The position numbers and the translations under genes were made by a program. From contig DASVSV010000315.1 of assembly GCA_036387915.1 (NCBI GenBank), positions 1 through 60,062 of the forward strand: a DNA stretch of 60,062 nucleotides, in the 5' to 3' direction. The notes under the pieces are model-generated. The model saw only the letters and a program-made list of their open reading frames with translations, did no database searches and was not told where the DNA came from. This document shows, piece by piece, positions 26,324-40,775 of this stretch. Within the stretch, counting starts at the first letter, position 1. The number at the start of each line of letters is the position of its first letter. Source of the DNA: Thermoanaerobaculia bacterium (lineage in GTDB: Bacteria; Acidobacteriota; Thermoanaerobaculia; Gp7-AA8).

Positions 26324-27736
26324 TCAGCCCCTGCGCCCGCGGATGCGGCCCTTCTTCATGAAGCCGTCGTAGTGACGCATCACGAGCTGCGATTCGATCT
26401 GCTGCATGGTGTCCATGGCCACGCCGACCACGATCAGCAGCGAGGTGCCGCCGAAGTAGAAGCTCAGCCCCATGCCCTCGGTGATCCAGAGCGGGAGCAC
26501 GCGGTCGAGCGTCGCACCGACGCCGAACGGCAACTGCGCGACGTGCACGCCGGAGATGAGGAACTCCGGCAGGATGCAGACCGCGGCCAGGTAGAGCGAG
26601 CCGACGAAGGTGATGCGGGTCAGCACGCGGTCGATGTAGTCCGACGTCCTCTTGCCCGGGCGGATGCCGGGGATGAAGCCGCCGTACTTGCGCATGTTGT
26701 CGGCCGTGTCGACCGGATTGAAGACGATCGACGTGTAAAAGTACGCGAAGAAGATGATGCCGGCCACCTGGAGCAGGTAGTACAGCGGCTCACCCATGGA
26801 GATCTGGCGCCCGATGGCGTCGGCCCACGGCTGCTTGATCATCTGGGCGATGGTCTGCGGGATGACCAGGATCGACGAGGCGAAGATGACCGGGATGACG
26901 CCGGCGGTGTTGACGCGCAGCGGGAGGTACGTGTTCGAGCCGCCGTAAACCTTGCGGCCGACGACGCGCTTGGCGTACTGCACCGGGATGCGGCGCTGCG
27001 CGCGCTCCATGAAGACCACGAACGCGACGACGGCGATCATGAACACGAGCAGGAAGAGCATCGCGAAGATGTTCCGCTCGCCCGTGCGGATGTCGTCGAA
27101 CGTACCGACGACCGCGGACGGAAGACCGACCACGATGCCGGCGAAGATGATCAGGGAGATGCCGTTCCCGATGCCGCGGTCGGAGATCTGCTCGCCGAGC
27201 CACATGACGAAAGCCGTGCCGGTGGTGAGCGTGAGCACGGTCATGATCGGGAAGCCGAGGCCCCACAGCGCGTCCTGCACGTGCGGCGGGACGAGCGGCG
27301 CGCCGCCCGGGGCGGACTGCCCGCGAAGCCAGAACGCGACGCCGAGCGCCTGCACGATGGCCAGGACGATCGTGCCGTAGCGCGTGTACTGGTTGATCTT
27401 GCGGCGCCCCATCTCACCCTCTTTCGAGAGCTTCTCGAGGTAGGGCCAGACCACGGTCAGAAGCTGCAGGATGATCGACGCCGAGATGTAGGGCATGATC
27501 CCGAGCGCGAAAACGGACAGGCGCGAGAGCGCGCCGCCCGAGAAGAGATCGAGAAAGCCGAACACGCCGCCGCCCATCGCCTTGAAGAACTCCGAGAGCG
27601 CGACGGGGTCGACGCCCGGCGTCGGAATGTGCGAGCCGAGGCGGTACACCGCCAGCAGCGCGAACGTGAAGAGCACGCGCTTGCGGAGGTCCTCGATCGC
27701 CCAGATGTTGCGGACTGTATCGACGACGTTAGGCAC
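26324..27736 (-). CDS. secY: Preprotein translocase subunit SecY
   Basis: 10-TM protein with GIMPYISASIILQLL, in the conserved position between rplO and adk. Confidence 0.97.
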   Translation of the reverse strand: MPNVVDTVRNIWAIEDLRKRVLFTFALLAVYRLGSHIPTPGVDPVALSEFFKAMGGGVFGFLDLFSGGALSRLSVFALGIMPYISASIILQLLTVVWPYLEKLSKEGEMGRRKINQYTRYGTIVLAIVQALGVAFWLRGQSAPGGAPLVPPHVQDALWGLGFPIMTVLTLTTGTAFVMWLGEQISDRGIGNGISLIIFAGIVVGLPSAVVGTFDDIRTGERNIFAMLFLLVFMIAVVAFVVFMERAQRRIPVQYAKRVVGRKVYGGSNTYLPLRVNTAGVIPVIFASSILVIPQTIAQMIKQPWADAIGRQISMGEPLYYLLQVAGIIFFAYFYTSIVFNPVDTADNMRKYGGFIPGIRPGKRTSDYIDRVLTRITFVGSLYLAAVCILPEFLISGVHVAQLPFGVGATLDRVLPLWITEGMGLSFYFGGTSLLIVVGVAMDTMQQIESQLVMRHYDGFMKKGRIRGRRG

Positions 27737-27737
27737 G

Positions 27738-28181
27738 TTACTGGATCTCCTGCACGGTGCCGCCGGCGTCCTCGATGGACTTCTTGGCGGTGGCCGAGAA
27801 CTTGGTGGCGGAGACGGTCAGCTTCTTGGAGAGCTTGCCGTTGCCGAGCACCTTGACGCCGTCGTTCTGTCCCTTGACGAGACCGGCCGCGCGGAGCGCC
27901 GCCTCGTCGACCGTCGCGCCGTTGTCGAAGCGCTCCAGGTCAGCCAGGTTGATGACGGCGTACTCTTTCTTGAAGATGTTGGTGAAGCCGCGCTTCGGGA
28001 TGCGGCGATGCAGAGGCATCTGACCGCCTTCGAAGCCGAGCTTGCGGGAGAAGCCGGAGCGCGACTTCTGCCCCTTCTCGCCGCGGCCCGAGGTCTTGCC
28101 GTGTCCCGATCCGGGGCCGCGGCCGACACGCTTCTTCGCGTGACGCGCGCCTTTTTTCGGTTTGAGGTTGTTCAGTTCCAT
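27738..28181 (-). CDS. rplO: 50S ribosomal protein L15
   Basis: [34 protein letters not shown]. Confidence 0.96.
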   Translation of the reverse strand: MELNNLKPKKGARHAKKRVGRGPGSGHGKTSGRGEKGQKSRSGFSRKLGFEGGQMPLHRRIPKRGFTNIFKKEYAVINLADLERFDNGATVDEAALRAAGLVKGQNDGVKVLGNGKLSKKLTVSATKFSATAKKSIEDAGGTVQEIQ

Positions 28182-28190
28182 TGTGGACTC

Positions 28191-28409
28191 CTACTTCACC
28201 ACTTCGACGAGGTGAGGGATCTTGGCGATCATGCCGCGGACTTCCGGCGTGTCGGCGCGTTCGGACTCACGGTGCATTTTGCCGAGGCCGAGAGCCTTAA
28301 GGGTCTCTCGCATCTCGACGGGGCAACCGATACCGCTGCGCACCTGGCGGAGGCGGATGGTCTTCCCCTCACCCGTGATCTTGTTCTTGATGCGCTTGAG
28401 GAGGCTCAT
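28191..28409 (-). CDS. rpmD: 50S ribosomal protein L30
   Basis: [25 protein letters not shown]. 4-nt overlap with rpsE. Confidence 0.9.
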   Translation of the reverse strand: MSLLKRIKNKITGEGKTIRLRQVRSGIGCPVEMRETLKALGLGKMHRESERADTPEVRGMIAKIPHLVEVVK

Positions 28410-28975
28410 GCTTCAGTCCCTTCCGTGGGCTCGTTGCCGCCGCGCAGTCTCTTGTACTGATCCTCGGTGCGGAGCAGCTTCAGAGCTTCGAACGTGGCCT
28501 TGACCACGTTGTGCGGATTGGCGGTGCCGAGCGACTTGGTGAGGATGTTCTGGATACCGGCCGACTCGAGAATCGCGCGCACCGGGCCGCCGGCGATGAC
28601 GCCGGTACCGTCCGAGGCGGGCTTGAGCAGGACCTGACCGGCGCCGTAATGGCCGACGATCGCGTGCGGGATGGTGGTCCCGGACATGGCGATCTTGATC
28701 ATGTTCTTCTTGGCGATCTCGATGCCCTTCTTGATGGCGGCCGGAACTTCCTTGGCCTTGCCGGAGCCGAAGCCGACCCGGCCCGCGCCGTCGCCGACGA
28801 CGACCAGCGCGCTGAAGCTGAAGTTCTTGCCGCCCTTGACGACCTTCGTCACGCGGTTGATGTGGACGACCTTGTCGATCATCCCGCTTTCATTGCGCTC
28901 TTCCTGACGGCGATCGCCGCGCTGAGAGCCTGGGCCACCTTGACGCTGCCCGGGACGCTGCATTGGACGCTGCAT
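28406..28975 (-). CDS. rpsE: 30S ribosomal protein S5 (with a Gln/Arg-rich N-terminal extension)
   Basis: [28 protein letters not shown]... Confidence 0.96.
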   Translation of the reverse strand: MQRPMQRPGQRQGGPGSQRGDRRQEERNESGMIDKVVHINRVTKVVKGGKNFSFSALVVVGDGAGRVGFGSGKAKEVPAAIKKGIEIAKKNMIKIAMSGTTIPHAIVGHYGAGQVLLKPASDGTGVIAGGPVRAILESAGIQNILTKSLGTANPHNVVKATFEALKLLRTEDQYKRLRGGNEPTEGTEA

Positions 28976-28983
28976 GTGATCTC

Positions 28984-29343
28984 CTAGAATTCCAGTCCGT
29001 TCTCACGCGCCGCATCCGCGAGCGCCTTGATGTTGCCGTGGTAAAGGTATCCGCCGCGGTCGAACACGACCCGGGTAATGCCCTTATCCTTGAGCTTCTT
29101 CGCGATGAGCGCGCCGACGGCCTTTGCGGCCGCTGCGTTCGAGCCCTTCGCGCCGGCATCCTTCTCGAGGCTCGAAGCCGACACGATGGTCTGCCCCGAA
29201 GCGTCGTCGATCACCTGCGCGTAAATGCTCTTGAGGCTGCGGAACACCGCCAGACGCGGCCGCTGCTCCGTTCCCGTGACCTTGCGGCGGATCCGTTCCC
29301 GGATCCGTCCGCGAGCTTCGACTCTGTGTCTACCTTTATCCAT
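28984..29343 (-). CDS. rplR: 50S ribosomal protein L18
   Basis: [20 protein letters not shown]...[22 protein letters not shown]. Confidence 0.96.
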   Translation of the reverse strand: MDKGRHRVEARGRIRERIRRKVTGTEQRPRLAVFRSLKSIYAQVIDDASGQTIVSASSLEKDAGAKGSNAAAAKAVGALIAKKLKDKGITRVVFDRGGYLYHGNIKALADAARENGLEF

Positions 29344-29396
29344 TGTGTCCTCTGTGCCGAGGGGTCGATCGCGTGCGCGATGTTCATACCCGGCCC

Positions 29397-29478
29397 ACTA
29401 GTTGGTTGCTGGTTTCTGGTTCCTGGTTGCTAGTGCCTTTAGCCGCTACCGCACTAGCAACCAGCTACCAGCAACTAT
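29397..29478. repeat. GGTTNCT-heptamer hairpin (overlaps the rplF stop; rplF-rplR spacer)
   Basis: Left arm GGTTGCT GGTTTCT GGTTCCT GGTTGCT AGTG. 16-nt loop. Right arm CACT AGCAACC AGCTACC AGCAACT. The inner 11 bp pair perfectly. Confidence 0.9.
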
Positions 29479-30017
29479 TTACCGGCGGCCTTACCCGCCT
29501 TGCGGCGAATGACTTCATCCGAATACTTGATGCCCTTGCCCTTGTAGGGATCGGGCTCGCGCAGGCTGCGGATCTCGGCCGCGGTCTGCCCGACCTTCTG
29601 GCGGTCGATGCCGGTGACGGTGATGTGGCCCGTCTTCGCGTCCACGGTGATGTCGATTCCGTCCGGAATCGCGAAGCGCACCGGGTGCGAGTAGCCGAGC
29701 TGGAAGACCACTTCCTTCCCCTTCACCTCGGCGCGGTAACCGACGCCGACGATGTCGAGCTCGCGCTTGAAGCCTTCGCTCACGCCGCGGACGTTGTTCG
29801 CCACGAGGGCCCGCATCAGGCCGTGGAACGCGCGGGTCTTCTTCTCTTCATTCGGCCGCTCGAACTTGACGACGTTGTTCTCGACCGACACCTTGATCCC
29901 GGCGATCATGGGCGTGGAGAGCGAGCCTTTCGGCCCTTTGACCACGACCGTGCCGGCGTCCTCACGGACTTCCACGCCCTTGGGCAGAGGAATCTCTTTC
30001 TTACCAATTCGCGACAT
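29475..30017 (-). CDS. rplF: 50S ribosomal protein L6
   Basis: MSRIGKKEIPLPKGVEV...VGVGYRAEVKG. Confidence 0.96.
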   Translation of the reverse strand: MSRIGKKEIPLPKGVEVREDAGTVVVKGPKGSLSTPMIAGIKVSVENNVVKFERPNEEKKTRAFHGLMRALVANNVRGVSEGFKRELDIVGVGYRAEVKGKEVVFQLGYSHPVRFAIPDGIDITVDAKTGHITVTGIDRQKVGQTAAEIRSLREPDPYKGKGIKYSDEVIRRKAGKAAGK

Positions 30018-30043
30018 TGCGGGATCTCCTTACCAGATGCTTG

Positions 30044-30451
30044 CTACCAGACCTGGCAAAGGACTTCGCCGCCGACGCCGGTGCGTGCTGCATCGGCTCC
30101 GGAGAGAACGCCCTTCGAGGTCGAGACGATGGCCAGCCCGAGACCGCCCAGAACCTTGGGGATCTCTTCCTTGCCGCGATAGACGCGGCGGCCCGGGCGC
30201 GAAACGCGCTCGATGCCGTGGATGACCGGCTCGCCGTCGTCTGAGTACTTGAGGTAGACGCGGAGCGTGGCCTGCGGCTTGCCGTCTTCCGGCGGCTGTA
30301 CTTTGTAATTACTAATGAAACCCTCGGACTTGAGGATTTTCGCGACTTCGATCTTCAGCTTCGAGCTCGGCATCTCGACGCGATCGTGGCGCGACTGAAT
30401 TCCGTTGCGGATTCTGGTGAGCATATCCGCGATGGGATCTGTCATCGACAT
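30044..30451 (-). CDS. rpsH: 30S ribosomal protein S8
   Basis: [15 protein letters not shown]... Confidence 0.96.
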   Translation of the reverse strand: MSMTDPIADMLTRIRNGIQSRHDRVEMPSSKLKIEVAKILKSEGFISNYKVQPPEDGKPQATLRVYLKYSDDGEPVIHGIERVSRPGRRVYRGKEEIPKVLGGLGLAIVSTSKGVLSGADAARTGVGGEVLCQVW

Positions 30452-30482
30452 TCTGTGACTCCTGATATCGGTCTTGAGCGAG

Positions 30483-30668
30483 CTACCAGCTCGACTTGGT
30501 CACGCCCGGGATGTAGCCACCGAGCGAGAGCTGACGGAAGCAGATGCGGCAGAGCTGGAACTTCCGCAGAAACCCGCGCGGACGTCCGCACTGCTTGCAG
30601 CGGTTGCGCTTGCGCACCGAGAACTTCGGTTTCCGCTCAGCTTTGACGATCATTGAAGTTTTGGCCAT
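30483..30668 (-). CDS. rpsZ: 30S ribosomal protein S14 type Z (zinc-binding short form)
   Basis: 61 aa with [20 protein letters not shown]. Confidence 0.95.
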   Translation of the reverse strand: MAKTSMIVKAERKPKFSVRKRNRCKQCGRPRGFLRKFQLCRICFRQLSLGGYIPGVTKSSW

Positions 30669-30677
30669 TGGTTCCTC

Positions 30678-31220
30678 TTACTTGCCGAACGGCATCCCGA
30701 GCTCGCGGAGAAGGACGCGCGCCTGCTCGTCCGTCTGCGCGGTCGTGACGATGGTGATGTTCATGCCCTTGGCCTTGTCGACCTTGCCCGCATCGATCTC
30801 GGGAAAGATGACGTGGTCACGGATGCCGAGGGTGTAGTTGCCGCGGCCGTCGAACGACTTCGTGGGCACGCCGCGGAAGTCGCGGACGCGCGGAAGCGCG
30901 ATGTTGATCAGACGGTCGAGGAATTCGTACATCTTGTCGCCGCGCAGGGTGACCATCGTGCCGATGGACTGTCCTTCGCGGAGCTTGAAGCTGGCGATCG
31001 ACTTCTTGGCCTTGGTCACGACCGGCTTCTGACCGGTGATCGTGGCCAGCTCCTCGACCGCGGTGTCGAGCAGCTTGGCGTTGGAGATGGCTTCGCCCAT
31101 ACCCATGTTGAGAACGACTTTCTCGACCTTGGGAACGGCCATCGGGTTCTTGATGCCGAACTCGTCCTGCAATTTCTTGCGGACTTCGTTCATGTACTGC
31201 TCTTTGAGTCTGGTTGCCAT
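30678..31220 (-). CDS. rplE: 50S ribosomal protein L5
   Basis: [11 protein letters not shown]...RDFRG. Confidence 0.96.
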   Translation of the reverse strand: MATRLKEQYMNEVRKKLQDEFGIKNPMAVPKVEKVVLNMGMGEAISNAKLLDTAVEELATITGQKPVVTKAKKSIASFKLREGQSIGTMVTLRGDKMYEFLDRLINIALPRVRDFRGVPTKSFDGRGNYTLGIRDHVIFPEIDAGKVDKAKGMNITIVTTAQTDEQARVLLRELGMPFGK

Positions 31221-31278
31221 CTCTGGGTCCTTTTGGTGGCCCGGCGTTGTACGGGCGCTGGTTCGATGTCTCTACTGC

Positions 31279-31644
31279 TTACTTGGTGAGGTCCGCTTTG
31301 CACTTGCGGCAGAAGCGGATCGCTTCGCCTTCTTCGTTACGGTGAGAGCCGAGGCGCGCGGCCTCGTTGCAGCTCGGGCAGATCACCTGGAGCTTGTCGA
31401 CCTTGATCGGCGACTCGCGCTCGAGGATGCCGCCCTTGACGTTCTTCCCGGGGTTCGGCTTGGTGTGCTTCTTGGTGAAGTTGACGCGCTCGACGATGGC
31501 CGTGCCCTTCGTGGCGTTGACGCGCAGCACGCGGCCCTGCTTGCCCGCGTCCTTGCCCGACAGAACGACCACCGTGTCACCCTTGCGAAGGTGCGGCGTG
31601 TGGCGCGTCGTCTCCTGCGGTTTGCTTCTTCCGTACAGTCCCAT
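31279..31644 (-). CDS. rplX: 50S ribosomal protein L24 (Cys4 zinc-ribbon type C-terminus)
   Basis: KGDTVVVLSGKDAGKQGRVL KOW motif. CPSC...CRKC near the C-terminus. Confidence 0.93.
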   Translation of the reverse strand: MGLYGRSKPQETTRHTPHLRKGDTVVVLSGKDAGKQGRVLRVNATKGTAIVERVNFTKKHTKPNPGKNVKGGILERESPIKVDKLQVICPSCNEAARLGSHRNEEGEAIRFCRKCKADLTK

Positions 31645-31658
31645 TGTTCGTGCTTCCT

Positions 31659-32030
31659 TTAGATGACTTCGGGCGCCAGCGAGATGATCTTCATGAACTT
31701 GCGCTCACGAAGCTCGCGGGCCACCGGTCCGAAAACACGCGTGCCGACCGGCTCGCGCGCGTCGTTGATGAGAACGGCCGCGTTGTCGTCGAACTTGATG
31801 TACGAGCCGTCGCGGCGGCGATTCTCCTTGACGGTACGGACGATGACGGCCTTGACCACCGCGCCCTTCTTGACCGTGCCGTCCGGCGACGCTTCCTTGA
31901 CCGAGGCGGTGATGACGTCGCCCAGGCTCGCGTACTGGCCGGCCGTGGAGCCGCCCAGCATCTTGATGCAGAAGATCTTCTTCGCACCGGTGTTGTCTGC
32001 AACCTGCAGAATCGTTCCCATCTGAATCAT
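31659..32030 (-). CDS. rplN: 50S ribosomal protein L14
   Basis: [23 protein letters not shown]. Confidence 0.97.
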   Translation of the reverse strand: MIQMGTILQVADNTGAKKIFCIKMLGGSTAGQYASLGDVITASVKEASPDGTVKKGAVVKAVIVRTVKENRRRDGSYIKFDDNAAVLINDAREPVGTRVFGPVARELRERKFMKIISLAPEVI

Positions 32031-32041
32031 TGGCGTGACTC

Positions 32042-32326
32042 CTAGCTGGCTTTCTCGATGACTTCGCGCACGTTCCAGCGCTTGCGCTTCGAGAGCGGGC
32101 GCGTTTCCTCGATGAGGACGCGATCACCCACGTTCACAGCCGGGTTCTCGTTGTGAGCCAGGAACTTGTTCGTGCGGCGGATGTACTTCTGATACATGCC
32201 GTGCTTGACCAGGTTCTCGACCGCGACCACGACGGTCTTCTCCATCTTGTTGGAGACGACCACGCCGACCTTGGTGCGCTTGCTGTCCTGCTGCGCAGTG
32301 GTTTCGGTGCTGTTTTCGGTTGCCAT
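32042..32326 (-). CDS. rpsQ: 30S ribosomal protein S17
   Basis: [24 protein letters not shown]. Confidence 0.95.
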   Translation of the reverse strand: MATENSTETTAQQDSKRTKVGVVVSNKMEKTVVVAVENLVKHGMYQKYIRRTNKFLAHNENPAVNVGDRVLIEETRPLSKRKRWNVREVIEKAS

Positions 32327-32337
32327 TGCTTATGCCT

Positions 32338-32543
32338 TTACGCGCTCTTGGCGCGCTCGTTGATGAGCGTTTCGATCTGCGCGATCTCGCGGCGGACCTG
32401 GCGCATCTTCATCGGGTTCTCGACGCGGCCGGTGGCGCGCTGGAAGCGCAGCTTGAACATCTGCTCGCGCAGATCGCGCTCACGGGCGCGCAGCTCGTCG
32501 ACCGTTTTGTCGCGAAGGGTTGAGAGTGTTTTCCTGCTGGCCA

Positions 32544-32544
<1 letters not shown>
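32338..32544 (-). CDS. rpmC: 50S ribosomal protein L29
   Basis: MASRKTLSTLRDKTVDELRARERDLREQMFKLRFQ. The ATG overlaps the rplP TAA by 1 nt (TAATG). Confidence 0.9.
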
Positions 32545-32969
<425 letters not shown>

Positions 32970-32990
32970 GATGCGTTTCTCCTAGTTTCT

Positions 32991-33069
32991 AGCTCTCAGC
33001 TGGCAGCTCTCAGCTCTCGGCCCGCCGCCCCCAGTTTTGCTGAGAGCTGCCAGCTGCGAGCTGCAAGCT
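32991..33069. repeat. AGCTNNC-heptamer hairpin, copy 4 (rpsC stop to rplP spacer)
   Basis: Left arm AGCTCTC AGCTGGC AGCTCTC AGCTCTC GG. Loop CCCGCCGCCCCC.... Right arm T GAGAGCT GCCAGCT GCGAGCT GCAAGCT. Confidence 0.9.
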
Positions 33070-33075
33070 TTGTTT

Positions 33076-33726
33076 CTACTTCTCGCGGCGGCGGCTGCGC
33101 GCCTTGGCCATTTCGCCTTTGTACAGCCACACCTTCACGCCGATCTTCCCGTACGTGGTGTTGGCCTCGGCGAAGCCGTAGTCGATGTCGGCTTTCAGCG
33201 TGTGCAGCGGCAGACGGCCGTCCTGGTACCACTCGGTGCGGGCGATCTCCGCGCCGTTCAGGCGTCCGCCCACGCGCACCTTGATGCCCTTCGCGCCGAA
33301 GCGGAAGGCCGACTCCATGGCCTTCTTCATGGCCCGGCGGAAGGCGATGCGGCGCTCGAGCTGCGTGGCGATGTTCTCGGCCACCAGCTGCGAGTCGAGC
33401 TCAGGACGCTGGATCTCCTGGATGTTGATGTAGACCTCGCCGTTGACCATCTTCTGCAGCTCGTCACGCAGCTTGTCCACTTCCGCACCCTTGCGGCCGA
33501 TGATGATGCCCGGGCGCGAGGTGTAGATGTTGATGCGCATCTTGTTCGCCGTGCGCTCGATGTCGATCTCCGACACGCCGGCGTGCTTGAGACGCTTCTT
33601 GAGATCGTCGCGAAGCTTCAGATCGCGATGCAGCGTCTCTGCGTACGCCTTGCCCGCGAACCAGCGCGAGTGCCAGGTCTTGTTGAAACCCAGCCGAAAA
33701 CCGTAAGGATTGACCTTCTGACCCAT
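33076..33726 (-). CDS. rpsC: 30S ribosomal protein S3
   Basis: [13 protein letters not shown]... KH domain. Confidence 0.97.
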   Translation of the reverse strand: MGQKVNPYGFRLGFNKTWHSRWFAGKAYAETLHRDLKLRDDLKKRLKHAGVSEIDIERTANKMRINIYTSRPGIIIGRKGAEVDKLRDELQKMVNGEVYINIQEIQRPELDSQLVAENIATQLERRIAFRRAMKKAMESAFRFGAKGIKVRVGGRLNGAEIARTEWYQDGRLPLHTLKADIDYGFAEANTTYGKIGVKVWLYKGEMAKARSRRREK

Positions 33727-33729
33727 CGA

Positions 33730-34125
33730 TTACCCCTGTTTCCTGGCGCGGGCGCGGCCTTTGCCGCCGCTCCGCTCGTTGACCGCTTTCACTTCGTCCG
33801 AGACGTGCACCGTGACGTGCGCCTTCCGCTTCTGAATCTGGTAGGCGCGCCCCATCGGAGCGGGCTGGATGCGCTTCTCGCGCGGCCCCTCGTTGACGTA
33901 GATCTTCGAGACCACGAGCTCGTCGACGTCGGCGCCTGCTTCCTTGTTCTCCGCGTTGGCAATGGCCGAGCGGAGGAGCTTCTCGAGGTCTTTCGCGCAG
34001 GCCTTGCGCGTGAAGCGCAGGATGTTCAGCGCTTCCTCGACCTTCTTGCCGCGCACGAGGTCCGCCACCAGGCGGACTTTCTGCGGCGACGCTTTCAGGT
34101 ATCTGAGAGTTGCGGTTGCTTGCAT
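33730..34125 (-). CDS. rplV: 50S ribosomal protein L22
   Basis: LRYLKASPQKVRLVADLVRGKKVEEALNIL. Confidence 0.95.
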   Translation of the reverse strand: MQATATLRYLKASPQKVRLVADLVRGKKVEEALNILRFTRKACAKDLEKLLRSAIANAENKEAGADVDELVVSKIYVNEGPREKRIQPAPMGRAYQIQKRKAHVTVHVSDEVKAVNERSGGKGRARARKQG

Positions 34126-34141
34126 TGTGGTCTCCGCGCCC

Positions 34142-34432
34142 TTACTTGCCCGCGGGCTTGGCCGATTTCTCGGCTTTCTTGCCGCTGTGGCCCTTGAACG
34201 TACGGGTGAGGGAGAACTCGCCCAGCTTGTGGCCGACCATGTTCTCGGAGATATAGACCGGGGTGAACTTCCGGCCGTTGTGCACCGCGATCGTGTGGCC
34301 GACCATGTCCGGCGTCACGGTCGAGCGGCGCGACCAGGTCTTGATGACTTTCTTGTCGCGCTCGCGGTTCATCGTCTCCACCTTCTTCTCGAGGTGGGAA
34401 TCCACGAACGGACCCTTCTTCATTGAGCGCAT
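34142..34432 (-). CDS. rpsS: 30S ribosomal protein S19
   Basis: [14 protein letters not shown]...[17 protein letters not shown] overlap with rplB. Confidence 0.95.
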   Translation of the reverse strand: MRSMKKGPFVDSHLEKKVETMNRERDKKVIKTWSRRSTVTPDMVGHTIAVHNGRKFTPVYISENMVGHKLGEFSLTRTFKGHSGKKAEKSAKPAGK

Positions 34433-35256
34433 TACTTGGTTCTCCGCTTGACGATGAACTTGTTCGTCTGCTTGTTGCGACGGGTCTTGTAGCCCTTGGT
34501 CGGCTGACCCCACGGGGAGACCGGATGACGGCCGCCGGAGGTCTTGCCTTCACCGCCGCCCAGCGGGTGATCGACAGGGTTCATCGAGACGCCGCGGTTG
34601 TGAGGCTTCTTGCCGAGGTGGCGCGTGCGGCCGGCCTTGCCGATGGACACGTTCTCGTGCTCGAGGTTGCCCACCTGGCCGATGGTGGCGTAGCAGCGCA
34701 CGTGCACCTTGCGCATCTCGCCCGAGGGGAGACGGAGCGTGGCCCAGTCGCCCTCGCGGGCCATGAGCTGCGCGCCGGCGCCGGCGGAACGGACCATCTG
34801 TCCGCCCTTGCCTTCCTTCAGCTCGACGTTGTGGATGACCGTGCCGAGGGGGATCTTCGTCAGGGGGAGCGCATTGCCCACCAGGATGTCGGCTTCCTCA
34901 CCGGACACGATGGTCGTGCCGACGGCCAGGCCGTTCGGCGCGAGGATGTAGCGCTTCTCGCCGTCCACGTAATGCAGGAGGGCGATGTGCGCGCTGCGGT
35001 TCGGATCGTACTCGATGGCAGCGACCTTCGCGGGGATGCCGCGCTTGTCGCGCTTGAAGTCGATCTCACGATACTTCTGCTTGTGGCCGCCGCCGATGAA
35101 GCGGGACGTGATGCGGCCCTTGCTGTTGCGGCCACCCGTCTTCGGCTTTCCCTTGGTCAGCGACTTCTCGGGCGTCGACTTGGTGATGTCGTTGAACGAG
35201 GCGTGCGTCTGAAACCGGATGCCGGGGGAGGTCGGCTTATATCTGTTCGTAGCCAT
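34432..35256 (-). CDS. rplB: 50S ribosomal protein L2
   Basis: GGGHKQKYR...[12 protein letters not shown]. Confidence 0.97.
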   Translation of the reverse strand: MATNRYKPTSPGIRFQTHASFNDITKSTPEKSLTKGKPKTGGRNSKGRITSRFIGGGHKQKYREIDFKRDKRGIPAKVAAIEYDPNRSAHIALLHYVDGEKRYILAPNGLAVGTTIVSGEEADILVGNALPLTKIPLGTVIHNVELKEGKGGQMVRSAGAGAQLMAREGDWATLRLPSGEMRKVHVRCYATIGQVGNLEHENVSIGKAGRTRHLGKKPHNRGVSMNPVDHPLGGGEGKTSGGRHPVSPWGQPTKGYKTRRNKQTNKFIVKRRTK

Positions 35257-35284
35257 AGTGTTCTTTCTTTATCGGCTGTTTACA

Positions 35285-35362
35285 GGGACGAGGTATGAGG
35301 GATGAGGGATGAGTGGCGCTCCGCGCTTTACTCGTGCCTCATGCCTCGTTCCTCATACCTGT
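35285..35362. repeat. NAYGAGG-heptamer hairpin (rplW stop to rplB spacer)
   Basis: Left arm GACGAGG TATGAGG GATGAGG GATGAG. 17-nt loop. Right arm CTCGTGC CTCATGC CTCGTTC CTCATAC CTGT. Confidence 0.9.
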
Positions 35363-35365
35363 GTG

Positions 35366-35656
35366 TTACACGCCTTCGACGAACTCGGGCGCCTTTTCGC
35401 CTGCCTTGAGCCGGACGTAAGCCTTGCGCCAGTCGCGGCGCTTGCCGACCCAGCGGCCCATGCGTTTCATTTTTCCGCGAACGTTGAAGAGGCGGACCTC
35501 TTCGACCTTCACCTTGAACAGTTCCTCGACGGCCTTCTTGACCTCGATCTTGTTCGCGTGCGGATCCACTTCGAAGGCGATGACGTTGCCGTCCTCGCGG
35601 AGGATGGTGGACTTCTCGGTGACCAGAGGCCGGCGGATGATCTGATTAGCGTTCAT
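35366..35656 (-). CDS. rplW: 50S ribosomal protein L23
   Basis: IIRRPLVTEKS...FEVDPHANKIEVKKAVEELF. Confidence 0.95.
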   Translation of the reverse strand: MNANQIIRRPLVTEKSTILREDGNVIAFEVDPHANKIEVKKAVEELFKVKVEEVRLFNVRGKMKRMGRWVGKRRDWRKAYVRLKAGEKAPEFVEGV

Positions 35657-36278
35657 TGCTGAGGGCCTCCGTCAGACGATCGAGCGCGGCCTGGCTCAGG
35701 ACGATGTAGCGGCTGTTGACGACGTCGTAGACGTTCACGTGGAGCGCGTCGACGAAGTTCAGCTTGGGGTTGTTGCGCGAGGCGAGCACCGCGTTGGTGT
35801 TCTCCATGGTGTCGATGAGAAGAGCCTTCCCCTCCACGCCGATGGTCGCGATCTTCTGCGCGAAGGTCTTGGTCTTCACTTCGTCGACGGCCATGCTGTC
35901 GACGATGACGAGCTTCCCTTCCTTCACGCGCTGGGAGAGAGCCGACTTGAGGGCGGCCTTCTTCTCTCTGGTGTTCATCTTGTACGAGTAGTCGCGCGGG
36001 CGGGGGCCGAAGACCGTGCCGCCGTGGCGGTGGATCGGCGGACGGGCGCCACCCTGACGGGCGCGGCCGGTGCCCTTCTGGCGGAACGGCTTCTTGCCGG
36101 AGCCGCTGACTTCCGAGCGGACCTTGGTGCTGTGCGTTCCCTGGCGCAGTCCGGCCAGGTAGTTGCGCACTGCCTCATGGACGAGATGCTCCTTGTACGG
36201 GTACGCGAAGATCTCTTCCGGCAGGTCCACCGAGCGGAGGGTTTTGTTGTTCCAGTCTTTGACGTCAATGGTCGGCAT
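35646..36278 (-). CDS. rplD: 50S ribosomal protein L4
   Basis: Start [30 protein letters not shown]. Confidence 0.95.
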   Translation of the reverse strand: MPTIDVKDWNNKTLRSVDLPEEIFAYPYKEHLVHEAVRNYLAGLRQGTHSTKVRSEVSGSGKKPFRQKGTGRARQGGARPPIHRHGGTVFGPRPRDYSYKMNTREKKAALKSALSQRVKEGKLVIVDSMAVDEVKTKTFAQKIATIGVEGKALLIDTMENTNAVLASRNNPKLNFVDALHVNVYDVVNSRYIVLSQAALDRLTEALSNER

Positions 36279-36279
36279 G

Positions 36280-36921
36280 TTACTCACCCCGCTTTCCGTT
36301 TTTGGCAAGGCGGACGTAAACGAGGCCATTCCGGGCACCGGGGACGGCGCCGCGGATGTAGAGCAGGTTGTTCTCGATGTCGACCTTCGCGATGCGGAGG
36401 TTCTTGACCGTGACCTGATCGCCGCCCATGCGTCCGGCCATGCGCATGCCCTTCATGACACGCGAGGGGAACGCGGAGGCGCCGATGGAGCCGGGCGCGC
36501 GGTGGAACATCGAGCCGTGCGACTCGCGGCCGCCGGCGAAGCCGTGGCGGCGGACGACGCCCTGAAAGCCCTTGCCCTTCGATTGCCCGATGACGTCGAT
36601 CGAGTCGCCGGGCTTGAACATGTCGGCCGTGACGCGGTCGCCCACGTTCGCCTCGCCCGAGTACGGGACTTCGGCGAGCGTCTTGAGCGGCTGCACGCCG
36701 GCCTTCTCGAAATGCCCGCGCATCGCGCTGGTGACGCGGCGGTTCGAGACTTTCTCGACCAGTCCGATCTGCACGGCGTCGTAGCCGTCCTTGTCGGCGG
36801 TCTTCTTCTGGACGACGAAGCAGGGGCCGGCCTGGACGACCGTCACCGGAACGAGTGCCCCGTCCTCGGCGAACACCTGGGTCATCCCGACCTTCTTGCC
36901 AATGATTCCTTCGATTGCCAT
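36280..36921 (-). CDS. rplC: 50S ribosomal protein L3
   Basis: [13 protein letters not shown]...[14 protein letters not shown]. Confidence 0.97.
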   Translation of the reverse strand: MAIEGIIGKKVGMTQVFAEDGALVPVTVVQAGPCFVVQKKTADKDGYDAVQIGLVEKVSNRRVTSAMRGHFEKAGVQPLKTLAEVPYSGEANVGDRVTADMFKPGDSIDVIGQSKGKGFQGVVRRHGFAGGRESHGSMFHRAPGSIGASAFPSRVMKGMRMAGRMGGDQVTVKNLRIAKVDIENNLLYIRGAVPGARNGLVYVRLAKNGKRGE

Positions 36922-36980
36922 TTGTCTTTGTCTTTCACCTTGGAAACGGATCGCTCCGTTTCGTGTGTCTCGTGCCGAGC

Positions 36981-37058
36981 AGCTCGCAGCTCTCAGCTCT
37001 CAGCCCGCAGGACCCGCCCGCCCGCATCTCCTCAGAGCTGCGGGCCGCGAGTTGCGAG

Positions 37059-37060
<2 letters not shown>
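36981..37060. repeat. AGCTNNC-heptamer hairpin, copy 5 (overlaps the rpsJ stop; rpsJ-rplC spacer)
   Basis: Left arm AGCTCGC AGCTCTC AGCTCTC AGCCCGC AGG. Loop ACCCGCCCGCCCGC.... Right arm CCT CAGAGCT GCGGGCC GCGAGTT GCGAGCT. A separate 8-bp hairpin, GAAACGGA-TCGC-TCCGTTTC, follows at 36944-36963. Confidence 0.85.
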
Positions 37061-37376
<316 letters not shown>

Positions 37377-37404
37377 GGTTTCGTACCCTTACAAAGAACA
37401 TGGA

Positions 37405-37427
37405 GGGGCGGGCGTGAAGCCCGCCCC
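37405..37427 (-). terminator. GC-rich stem-loop between tuf and rpsJ (possible partial terminator or attenuator)
   Basis: GGGGCGGGC-GTGAA-GCCCGCCCC. On the minus-strand RNA it is followed by a moderately U-rich stretch (UCCAUGUUCUUUGU). Confidence 0.45.
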
Positions 37428-37438
37428 CACTGTGCGAG

Positions 37439-38629
<1,191 letters not shown>

Positions 38630-38684
38630 TTGAGATCAACCTCCCTGATTTCTACTCGTGTTCGTGGATTGCGGTGCAACCCGA

Positions 38685-40775
<2,091 letters not shown>

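Noticed and set aside
31279-31400. Cys4 zinc ribbon at the C-terminus of L24 considered as a novelty.
   Set aside because: The same CxxC...CxxC form is known in Thermus-type L24. Likewise, the short S14 (type Z) and Cys-containing L36 are standard zinc-type paralogue states.
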